NCBI RefSeq assembly: GCF_000011325.1
Contig: NC_003450.3
Span: 120,001-152,000 of the forward strand
Length of the DNA stretch: 32,000 bases
DNA from: Corynebacterium glutamicum ATCC 13032
GTDB lineage: Bacteria > Actinomycetota > Actinomycetes > Mycobacteriales > Mycobacteriaceae
Reading direction: 5' to 3'
Part shown: positions 24,725 through 32,000 of the stretch, piece after piece
Numbering within the stretch: position 1 is the stretch's first letter
Layout: every line of letters begins with the position of its first letter
Position numbers and translations under genes: made by a program
The notes under the pieces: generated by a model
Told to the model about the DNA's origin: nothing
Seen by the model: the letters and a program-made list of their open reading frames with translations, nothing else
Database searches by the model: none

Positions 24725-25483
24725 TTGATCGTGTTAACCATCGCTATTGTACTTCTCGCGTCAGTCCTCATCGGTGCTCTTCTCCAACGCATGACAGGAT
24801 TGGGCGTCGGTCTAGTTACCGGCCCAGTCCTGACTTCTTTGTTAGGGCCGCTAGCAGGCGTGACCATGGTGAATGGTCTGTCCATCATCAACGCGGTGAA
24901 TAATGCGTGGTCGGTGCGCAAACGCACTGACTGGGCCAAATTCCGAATTCTTGCCGGCGCTTTGGTGCTTGGTTCTGTTCCTGCTGTTGCAGTGGTGTAT
25001 TTCCTTAACGGACCATGGCTGTTGATTTTCGTTGGTGCGATGGTGCTGCTCGCGTTGGGTGTTTCCCTGTTCCCAACAGAGAAATTCGCACTCAAGCAAG
25101 AAGCTAAACTGCCTATGGTCATCTTCGGCATGATTGGTGGATTCATGTCCACTGTTGCAGGCATCGCAGGGCCATCCCTGACTGTTTATGCGCGCCTGAG
25201 CCGCTGGGATTACCGCGACTTTGTGGCCACCTTGCACCCAGTTCTACTCGTGGCCAACACCGTATCGTTCCTGCTCAAGGTTATCTTGATCGGTGGACTC
25301 GATTTCGGTGGCGCACCCGCATGGCTCTGGATCGGTGCCGTAGCGATGATCTTTGTCGGTGCTTGGTTGGGTGAAATCGTCAACGCTAAGGTGTCCACCC
25401 CAATGGCCAAGCGCATCGCTACGCTCCTGGCAGCAGCTGGTGCCGCAGTGGTGTTGTTCCGAGGCATCATGGAATTGGTTTAG
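24725..25483 (+). CDS. TauE/SafE family anion (sulfite/organosulfonate) exporter-type membrane protein
   Basis: 252 aa with about 8 TM segments and family-typical N-terminal LLQRMTGLGVGLVTGPVL. The start could be TTG at 24725 or GTG at 24731. Confidence 0.7.
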   Translation: MIVLTIAIVLLASVLIGALLQRMTGLGVGLVTGPVLTSLLGPLAGVTMVNGLSIINAVNNAWSVRKRTDWAKFRILAGALVLGSVPAVAVVYFLNGPWLLIFVGAMVLLALGVSLFPTEKFALKQEAKLPMVIFGMIGGFMSTVAGIAGPSLTVYARLSRWDYRDFVATLHPVLLVANTVSFLLKVILIGGLDFGGAPAWLWIGAVAMIFVGAWLGEIVNAKVSTPMAKRIATLLAAAGAAVVLFRGIMELV

Positions 25484-25514
25484 CGGTCTTAATTGGTGGG
25501 AAGTTGAGCAGAAG

Positions 25515-26396
25515 TTAATCGGTCTCGAGGTTTTTTCGAGACCTTCGTATCCCATCAAATCCCAGTAACGCCAGGGCGCACGCCAGTAGTGAGTAGACAA
25601 TGGCGTCGCTGAGATTCAACGTTTCACCAAGTAATAGTGCTGCAACAAACAGCAAGATTGGTTCACCATAACTGAGCAGGCCAAACATCGGCATACTAAG
25701 CAGAGTTGAGGCGGCTAGATACAACGCCATAGCTAATGCGCCAGCGAGGCCCGCCAGAATAACCATTGACAACATGGCGTTAGACAGCGGATCCTCGACA
25801 GTGGCGAGCATGAAAAATGCCAGGGGACTTAACGCTAAAACTTCTGCGCCGTAAGCAAAAGCGTTGTTCAGCCCCGAGTATTTACGAAGCGCAAAATACA
25901 GTGCATAACCCGCAGCGATGGCAAAAGTTACCCACGATAATTGCGCACTAATGACAAATTTCAAGGTTACTGCGATCAGCGCGATTCCCACCGCAATCCA
26001 CTGCAGCCTGGTGATGTAATCAGCGAAGAAAAACCGCCCCACAATTACTAGGAAAATGGGCAGTAACAGGTAACCAAGTGAGGCATCTAAAGCATGACTC
26101 TTAGGCGACCAAGAAAACAGCCACAGCTGAAGCGTGATGAGTACAACGAGGAAGATAAAGTACAGAATTTGACGAGGTTGGGACCTTAGTGTGTCCCAAA
26201 ATTCCTTAAACACCTTCCGACCAGCAGGGTGCAGAAGGGCAAGCAAATAGCATGCCGCTGTTAGAAGGACACGCCAAGCAACAAGTGTTTCCGCCTTTGC
26301 CTCAATCGCCCCAGAGATGAAAAAGATCGCTCCGAACAAAGCGGATGCGAGAACAGACGTGATGACACCAGCGGAAGATGTACGATTTGTTGCCAC
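25515..26396 (-). CDS. rarD: EamA/DMT-superfamily transporter, RarD-like
   Basis: 293 aa with 10 TM segments. The pattern is a duplicated EamA domain, and the N-terminal GVITSVLASALFGAIFFISG resembles RarD proteins. Confidence 0.65.
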   Translation of the reverse strand: MATNRTSSAGVITSVLASALFGAIFFISGAIEAKAETLVAWRVLLTAACYLLALLHPAGRKVFKEFWDTLRSQPRQILYFIFLVVLITLQLWLFSWSPKSHALDASLGYLLLPIFLVIVGRFFFADYITRLQWIAVGIALIAVTLKFVISAQLSWVTFAIAAGYALYFALRKYSGLNNAFAYGAEVLALSPLAFFMLATVEDPLSNAMLSMVILAGLAGALAMALYLAASTLLSMPMFGLLSYGEPILLFVAALLLGETLNLSDAIVYSLLACALALLGFDGIRRSRKNLETD

Positions 26397-26521
26397 TATC
26401 AGCTCCTCGTTTCCTTCATTAGCTTCGCATATGTCTGGATCTTATTGGATGTATGAGTCAGAGATCAGGGAGATCGCGCACTAACCGAACCTGGCCAGTG
26501 CAACAGGATTATGTTTAAAGC

Positions 26522-27241
26522 ATGGATCTTGCACTGGCTCAGGTTGATTCCACCGTTTCGGGGCTTTATGACGCCCTCGATCTCATCGGCGTGCTGCTGA
26601 ACGGAATAATCGGTGGAACGATCGCCAGGCAACGAGGCTATGACATCATTGGCTTTCTGTTCCTGGCGTTATTTTCTGCGCTGGGTGGCGGAATGATCCG
26701 TGACATGCTGATTCAGCAGGGGACTGTCGCGGCGATCGATAATCAGATCTACCTTGCGCTCGCGTTTTCTGGCGCGCTGATTGCCATGGCGGTGAACTTT
26801 AAAGGCAGGGTGTGGGAGCTGTTTAAAGTTCACGGCGATGCCATTGTGTTGGGCGTCTGGGCGGTGACGGGTTCCGTGAAGGCGATGAATGCGGGGGTGG
26901 CTCCGCTGCCGAGTATTTTCATGGGCGTGCTCACCGCGGTGGGTGGTGGCATGGTGCGTGATGTGGCTACTGGCCAGACGCCGACGATTTTTGGTGGCGG
27001 AACTCTTTACGCTGTGCCTGCGACGCTTTCTGCCACGTCAATGGTTATTTTTCATAGCTTTGACCAGGTAATTCTGGGTATGATTATTTCACCGTTCTTG
27101 GGTATCGCGTTGGCGGTTACTGCGTATTGGTGCGGTTGGGTCATTCCGGTGAACACGGATTTCGCGCCGGTGAATCTGACGGTCAGCCAATTGCGGGCAA
27201 TGCTGTCCAAAGCGGAGCGTAAAGATAAGGATCAGAAATGA
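26522..27241 (+). CDS. TRIC / UPF0126 (YadS/YicG-like) cation-channel family membrane protein
   Basis: 239 aa with two UPF0126 repeats, each carrying the glycine-rich signature (SALGGGMIRDML and TAVGGGMVRDVA). Confidence 0.8.
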   Translation: MDLALAQVDSTVSGLYDALDLIGVLLNGIIGGTIARQRGYDIIGFLFLALFSALGGGMIRDMLIQQGTVAAIDNQIYLALAFSGALIAMAVNFKGRVWELFKVHGDAIVLGVWAVTGSVKAMNAGVAPLPSIFMGVLTAVGGGMVRDVATGQTPTIFGGGTLYAVPATLSATSMVIFHSFDQVILGMIISPFLGIALAVTAYWCGWVIPVNTDFAPVNLTVSQLRAMLSKAERKDKDQK

Positions 27242-27573
27242 AAACTTATGCAGTACTAATTGCGGTGGCAGGGTTGGCACTTGCTGGGTGTAGCTCGTCG
27301 GCTCCTGGAATCTGGCGTGCCACTGAACCCGCAGATGCCTACCTTGAAATAGCCGATGACGGCACGCTGTCCGGAACCGACGGCTGCAACAGACTTTTTG
27401 GTGGCTGGGAAAAAGACGGCTCTACCATCACTTTCGGCGCCATCGGTATGACAGAAATGTACTGCGAAGGCGTCAACGATTGGCTGTCCCAGATGCACAC
27501 CGCCACCGTCACCGATGCCACCATGACCATTTTCAACGAGGCCGGCAGCAATATTGGCGAGCTAAAACGCTAA
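27238..27573 (+). CDS. META-domain (HslJ-like) lipoprotein
   Basis: 111 aa. It has a lipobox (LALAGCSS) and the META domain pattern [29 protein letters not shown]. Its start overlaps the upstream stop (ATGA). Confidence 0.75.
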   Translation: MKTYAVLIAVAGLALAGCSSSAPGIWRATEPADAYLEIADDGTLSGTDGCNRLFGGWEKDGSTITFGAIGMTEMYCEGVNDWLSQMHTATVTDATMTIFNEAGSNIGELKR

Positions 27574-27980
27574 ATGCTTCTCGACGTCAAAAGCCCGGAT
27601 CCAGGTAGTGCTTCCGCAAGATCGTTGCCGAGCGCAACGATGCGGTTGTCGGCGTCCACGTGCACAATCTTTGGCTCATACGCCTTGGCTTCCGCATCAG
27701 TTGCCTGAAGGTAGCTCATGATGATCACAAGATCGCCAGGATTAATAAGGTGTGCAGCGGCACCATTGATGCAAATATTGCCCGTTCCGGCGTCGCCCAC
27801 AATGACATAAGTTTCCAGACGAGCGCCGTTGGTGATGTCTACGATGGCAACTTTTTCGCCTTCGATCAATCCGGCGGCGTGAACCAGGTCGGCGTCGATG
27901 GTTACAGAGCCAACATAATCTAGATCAGCTTGAGTGACAGTGGCTCGGTGAATCTTACTTCCGAGGATGGTGCGCAGCAT
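27570..27980 (-). CDS. panD: Aspartate 1-decarboxylase (pyruvoyl-dependent)
   Basis: The start was chosen at [29 protein letters not shown], giving 136 aa. It contains the G-S self-cleavage site (YVG|SVT). The 21-codon upstream extension in the track was rejected. Confidence 0.92.
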   Translation of the reverse strand: MLRTILGSKIHRATVTQADLDYVGSVTIDADLVHAAGLIEGEKVAIVDITNGARLETYVIVGDAGTGNICINGAAAHLINPGDLVIIMSYLQATDAEAKAYEPKIVHVDADNRIVALGNDLAEALPGSGLLTSRSI

Positions 27981-28121
27981 GTCCTGTGGTGTCCTTATGG
28001 GGGTTGTCCTGCAAGTTTTAGAAATCATAGCGTGAGATGACAAGGAAAGGAATATTTCGATCCGGCAACAACCCCCGCGTCAGGTGGGATTATGCCGAAA
28101 AAATCGCTACGATAGCCACTT

Positions 28122-29783
28122 ATGACTCTTCAGAGTTCTGATAAACGTTCTCCTTCACTGTTAGACGCCTCCTCCGAGGTCTTTGTCCATGATTTGGCAG
28201 CTTTGTCTCCCACTGATGCCACTGCATGGGGTATCTCAGGCTTCGAAGGTGATCTTCAGGATTTCTCTCCTGACTATTGGAATGCCATCGCCGAACGCAA
28301 CCGCGACATGGTTGCCGATGTTGATGCTTTTGATGACGGCACTGATGACAACGATGACGAAGAAGATTTCGATGACGTTGACCGCGTCACCGCTGATGTT
28401 CTCCGTGATCGCGTATGCCTGGATCTGGCCCTGCACCACCAGGGCGAAACCTTAGCGAATCTCAACAACATTGATTCCCCAGTCCAGACCATCCGCGATA
28501 CCTTCCTCATCATGCCCCGCGAGACGGACGATGATGTGGAAAATCTCCGCGAACGTCTCTCCCGCGTCCCCGACGCTCTCCACGGATACTGTGAATCACT
28601 CGCTGAGGCTGCCAGCCAAGGCCATGTTGCAGCGGTCCGCCAGGTGGAAGAAGTGGTGTCGCAATGTGAGGACCTCGCTGATGAGGACTCCGTTTTGCAG
28701 CACCTTGGCTTGGATGAAAATGATCCAGTAGTTGTAGAGGCCCAGGAAGCTTTTGCACGAGTTGCCGGTTGGTTAGCAGAGCAACTGGCTCCGCATGCTC
28801 CTCATGTGGATGCGGTTGGCCGGGATCGCTATGAAATGTTCTCCCACCTGCACGTCGGCGAGTTTGTAGATCTGGATGAGGCTTACCAATGGTCCCTGGA
28901 ACAGCTGCGTGACATTGATGCTCAGCAGCTTCAGGTAGCCCAGCAGCTGTACGGCCCTGGCACCACGATCCGTGAGGCCATGAAGAAGCTCAATGCTGAT
29001 GAGCGCTACCTCATCCGAGGCACTGATGCTCTGCAGGAGTGGATGCAAAAGACCGCTGATCAGGCAATCGCTGATCTAGATGGCGTTTCCTTCAACATTC
29101 CAGAGCAGGCTCGACAGGTTGAGTGCCTCATCGATCCTGCTGGAACTGGCGGCATTTTCTACACCCCACCAAGCGATGATTTCTCCAGGCCTGGCCGCAT
29201 GTGGTGGTCTGTGCCTAAAACCCAGGAAGTCTTCCACACCTGGCAAGAGCTCACCACCGTGTTCCACGAGGGTGTTCCTGGCCACCACCTGCAGATCTCC
29301 CAAACTTTGGTGGAAAAGGATCTGAACCTGTGGCGTCGAGTCGCTTGCTGGAACTCTGGCCACGGTGAAGGTTGGGCGCTGTACGCAGAATCTCTCATGA
29401 AGGAATTGGGATACCACGAAGATCCAGGCAACCTCATGGGCTACCTTGATGCTCAGCGACTCCGTGCAGCCCGCGTGGCCATTGACATCGGAATTCACCT
29501 GAACAAGAGGAACCCAGAGTGCACCGGCCTGTGGGATGCGTCTTATGCGCGCAGCTTCCTGCGTGAAAATACGTCCATGAATGAAGATGCGCTGTACTTT
29601 GAGCTCAACCGTTACCTTGGTTGGCCAGGTCAGGCCGCATCGTATGCCATTGGTCAGCGACTCTGGTTGAACCTGCGCGATGAGGCCATTAGCCAGGGGC
29701 AAACCTTGGCGCAATTCCACAGCAAGGCATTGTCCTATGGCAGCATCCCGATGGGCATTTTGCGCGATCAGGTGCTGAACTAG
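28122..29783 (+). CDS. DUF885 family protein (putative metallopeptidase-like)
   Basis: 553 aa. It carries the family-typical HEGVPGHHLQ motif and the downstream GEGWALYAE segment. Confidence 0.75.
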   Translation: MTLQSSDKRSPSLLDASSEVFVHDLAALSPTDATAWGISGFEGDLQDFSPDYWNAIAERNRDMVADVDAFDDGTDDNDDEEDFDDVDRVTADVLRDRVCLDLALHHQGETLANLNNIDSPVQTIRDTFLIMPRETDDDVENLRERLSRVPDALHGYCESLAEAASQGHVAAVRQVEEVVSQCEDLADEDSVLQHLGLDENDPVVVEAQEAFARVAGWLAEQLAPHAPHVDAVGRDRYEMFSHLHVGEFVDLDEAYQWSLEQLRDIDAQQLQVAQQLYGPGTTIREAMKKLNADERYLIRGTDALQEWMQKTADQAIADLDGVSFNIPEQARQVECLIDPAGTGGIFYTPPSDDFSRPGRMWWSVPKTQEVFHTWQELTTVFHEGVPGHHLQISQTLVEKDLNLWRRVACWNSGHGEGWALYAESLMKELGYHEDPGNLMGYLDAQRLRAARVAIDIGIHLNKRNPECTGLWDASYARSFLRENTSMNEDALYFELNRYLGWPGQAASYAIGQRLWLNLRDEAISQGQTLAQFHSKALSYGSIPMGILRDQVLN

Positions 29784-29790
29784 AAGGCCT

Positions 29791-30930
29791 TTAACGATCC
29801 CTACGCAAAATGCGTCGCAGTAGCGTGGGGATCAAACCGGCGATGGTCAAGATTGCCAGTAGTCGAATGATCTGGATCGTGACCACCACCGGGCCTGCAG
29901 ATCCTTCCGAGGACAGCGCCAACACCGTCTCCAGAGCTCCAGGGCTGGTTGCTAGGTAAGCCTCGAAGAAGCTGATATCCAACCACCAGGTGAGCAGCCC
30001 CGCCGCACCTGCGCACACCGCAAGCAGCGCGAAAATAAACAAGAACGTGGCCGGAAGCTGCTTAGAAAACACCTTCAGCGCGGTCATATTCAAGGCACCG
30101 CCACACATCCAACCGATCGCCATGAACGCGATAATCTTAAACACGGTTGGCGGTTGCAGGCTGAGATCATCTGGAATCACAAAACTCACCAGCACGGTCA
30201 GGATCAGCGGCCCCATCACCGCAGGGGCAGGCAAGCGCAGCAACCTGCCGAGAGGTTCGCCGGCCAGCACAATACCGAAGAGCACCAGCAGCGATAAAAC
30301 GCTTATCGACGTCCCGAACTCTCCCAAACTCAACACGTCCAACCATTTCTCAGGCGGCGATCCCAAATCCGCCCCGCCAGGGACGAAAAAGTGCGTCACC
30401 AGCGGCAACGTCATGGACACAACCAACAACCTGAGGTACTGCGTCAGCGCCACATAGCGGAAATCAGCGCCCAACTCTCGGGCCAGAATCGGCATCACCG
30501 ACGCGCCACCCGCCAGCATGGACAGCACACCAGTTTCCGGCAAAATCTCCGGCCTGGATCTTGCCAGCAACAAACCACCAACGATGCCTACCGCGATGGT
30601 GAAAAAGGAAATCACAAGACCCGGGATGAGGAAACGAACAAGTTCCGAACCAGAAGAACTAATCAAAGGCAGCGCCGCCAGCATCGCCACGATTGAGCGA
30701 CCAAAAACATGCACCCCCTTGGCCATCGGAAGATCTTGCCCTGTGGTCAGCGCACATACACCGGCAACAAGGATCGCCCCGAGGATCCATGCGGCTGGCA
30801 CACCCCACATAGTAAAAAGCCACCCCACGGCTAGCGACAGCGGCGCTACGATGCACCAACGAAGTGCAATAACCTTGCGGGATGGCTTCTCTGGAATTTG
30901 TTCGTGGGGGTCTGGTTCTTTATCGCTCAA
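29791..30930 (-). CDS. AbrB-family (duplicated AbrB/ammonia-monooxygenase-like) membrane protein
   Basis: 379 aa and polytopic. An internally duplicated pattern is visible (WILGAILVAG...GRSIVAM and GPLILTVLVS...AFMAIGWMCG), together with the segment ELGADFRYVALTQYLRLL. Confidence 0.6.
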   Translation of the reverse strand: MSDKEPDPHEQIPEKPSRKVIALRWCIVAPLSLAVGWLFTMWGVPAAWILGAILVAGVCALTTGQDLPMAKGVHVFGRSIVAMLAALPLISSSGSELVRFLIPGLVISFFTIAVGIVGGLLLARSRPEILPETGVLSMLAGGASVMPILARELGADFRYVALTQYLRLLVVSMTLPLVTHFFVPGGADLGSPPEKWLDVLSLGEFGTSISVLSLLVLFGIVLAGEPLGRLLRLPAPAVMGPLILTVLVSFVIPDDLSLQPPTVFKIIAFMAIGWMCGGALNMTALKVFSKQLPATFLFIFALLAVCAGAAGLLTWWLDISFFEAYLATSPGALETVLALSSEGSAGPVVVTIQIIRLLAILTIAGLIPTLLRRILRRDR

Positions 30931-30962
30931 TTGGGCACCGGACTCCTTGATCCACGTTTATT

Positions 30963-31454
30963 TCATAATGTCGCTTTCACTTTAGCAGCGGAATCGGTCA
31001 ACACTTCATAGGAGTCAGGCGTGATCAGCACTGGTAAAACATCAGGATCGGTAGCATAAAAGCGAACCTCATTCTCACCAGGAACAACCACAAGCCTATT
31101 GACAGTGATGGGCTTAGTGATGCTGGTGGGCGCAATCATCGTGGTGATCAACGGCTGCTTGCTGGCTGTCACCGAGAGTTCACCGTCTTGAGCCTGGGTG
31201 ATTTCAAGTTTCGCGGCTTGTTCGTGAGCGCCGTCGAGAAGCTTCCAGGTCACCGGGAAAGTCGCAGCACAGCTGGCGACGACGTGCGCTTCGGTGGAGG
31301 GCTCATCGAAAAGCACGCAGGTAAGCTTTTGCTCGTCGCCCATGTCAATGGAATAGAGTCCGTTTCCAGCTGTCGCCGGGGTGGCAGCGATCGCGGGCGT
31401 GGCGGCGGTGAGCAGGACCAAAGCTGCGACCGCAGCGATTGTTTGATTACGCAT
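30963..31454 (-). CDS. Small secreted protein of unknown function
   Basis: The start was chosen at the ATG at 31454 (MRNQTIAAVAALVLLTAATPAIAATPATA, a Sec signal peptide), 8 nt after AAGGA. The upstream 45 codons of the track ORF lack coding character. It lies immediately upstream of the AbrB-type gene on the same strand. Confidence 0.6.
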   Translation of the reverse strand: MRNQTIAAVAALVLLTAATPAIAATPATAGNGLYSIDMGDEQKLTCVLFDEPSTEAHVVASCAATFPVTWKLLDGAHEQAAKLEITQAQDGELSVTASKQPLITTMIAPTSITKPITVNRLVVVPGENEVRFYATDPDVLPVLITPDSYEVLTDSAAKVKATL

Positions 31455-31589
31455 ATGAATCATCCTTAACCGTCCAGAAATACTGGTGATTCCCATGCTA
31501 ATCCGCGAAAATGGCACTTCAACAGCCATATACTTTAAACAACACAAATGATGCAAGACTGATACCGGGATGTGATAGGAGCGCACCAC

Positions 31590-32000
31590 ATGGGGTTGGA
31601 ATTAGCAGCTAGCGGGTGGGGCATCCTCATCGCAGGCGCCGCCGTAGCCGGATGGATCGACGCAGTAATCGGCGGTGGCGGACTCGTCCTCATCCCGCTG
31701 ATCCTCGCGGTCATGCCGCAACTCGCACCTGTGACAGCGCTGGCCTCCAACAAACTGGCAGCCGTCACCGGCACGGCATCGGCGGCATTCACCCTGGTCA
31801 GGCGCGTCAAACCCGACAAAAAACTGCTTGCGCTCTACGTTCTGGTGGCAGCTGTGTGCTCCGGTGCAGGCGCCCTGGCTGCGAGTCTCATTGACAAACA
31901 AATCATGCGACCGCTGATCATCGTGTTGATGCTGGTCGTTGGCCTGATCGTGGTGTTCAAACCAAACTTCGGAACCGGCGAAAGCAAAGCCCTGCCCACC
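31590..32000 (+). CDS. TauE/SafE family membrane protein (5-prime partial, continues beyond the window)
   Basis: This ORF is not in the supplied track because it is open-ended. ATG at 31590 follows AGGAG by 8 nt. The translation is MGLELAASGWGILIAGAAVAGWIDAVIGGGGLVLIPLILAVMP...ASNKLAAVTGT, the typical TauE N-terminus. The frame is open for 137 codons to the window end. Confidence 0.7.
   Translation, partial: MGLELAASGWGILIAGAAVAGWIDAVIGGGGLVLIPLILAVMPQLAPVTALASNKLAAVTGTASAAFTLVRRVKPDKKLLALYVLVAAVCSGAGALAASLIDKQIMRPLIIVLMLVVGLIVVFKPNFGTGESKALPT

Noticed and set aside
24523-25164. 213-aa minus-strand ORF overlapping the ankyrin gene end and the TauE gene
   Set aside because: It is a shadow ORF opposite a well-formed TauE membrane protein and crosses an intergenic region with a hairpin. 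Its composition is Pro/Thr/Arg-rich.
25521-25543. Hairpin GGTCTCGA-GGTTTTT-TCGAGACC between the convergent TauE and RarD-like genes
   Set aside because: It could be a bidirectional terminator. However, it lies inside the last codons of the RarD-like ORF, its T-run is in the loop rather than after the stem, and no U-tract follows on either strand. That is too weak to call.
27981-28043. 21-codon N-terminal extension of panD
   Set aside because: PanD family proteins begin at MLRT...KIHRATVT. The extension has no homology-like character.
29076-29720. 214-aa minus-strand ORF inside the DUF885 gene
   Set aside because: It is antisense to a gene with a clear HEGVPGHH family motif and has no motif of its own.
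1-32000. Search by eye for CRISPR arrays, tRNA/rRNA genes, riboswitch-like GC-rich leaders and long tandem repeats
   Set aside because: I found no regularly spaced direct repeats, no cloverleaf-like or rRNA-like segments and no long structured leaders. The only tandem unit noticed (GAGTTTGAGTTT near 24647) is trivial.

Overview
The window looks like chromosomal DNA from Corynebacterium glutamicum or a very close relative. This is inferred from protein motifs and gene order only, since no database search was possible. It contains about 30 protein-coding genes. I saw no rRNA, tRNA, CRISPR array, transposase or integrase. From left to right: (1) the arabitol/mannitol locus, with sixA-mtlD-rbtT on the minus strand, a 279-bp operator-rich divergent region, then atlR-xylB on the plus strand; (2) panC-panB; (3) a visibly AT-rich insert of about 1.5 kb carrying one Fic/DOC gene with an unclear 5-prime end; (4) housekeeping-type genes: AAG-family DNA glycosylase, DUF1801 protein, esterase, HAD hydrolase, gamma carbonic anhydrase-like protein, ROK regulator (probably cysR) and an MFS transporter; (5) a hypothetical gene that appears split by a frameshift at a 6-nt homopolymer; (6) the most interesting part, a tightly packed four-gene plus-strand operon at 16.8-23.5 kb. 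It encodes a BcsB-like anchored secreted protein, a 9-TM protein with an ectodomain, a processive family-2 glycosyltransferase (DAED / TED / QRSRW) and a large GT-C-like membrane protein, followed after 45 nt by an ankyrin-repeat protein. It reads as a synthase-dependent exopolysaccharide or cell-envelope glycan system whose product cannot be deduced from sequence; (7) small-solute membrane proteins (TauE/SafE x2, RarD/EamA, TRIC/UPF0126, AbrB-type), a META-domain lipoprotein, panD, a DUF885 protein and a small secreted protein. Several long ORFs in the supplied track are antisense shadow ORFs and were rejected.
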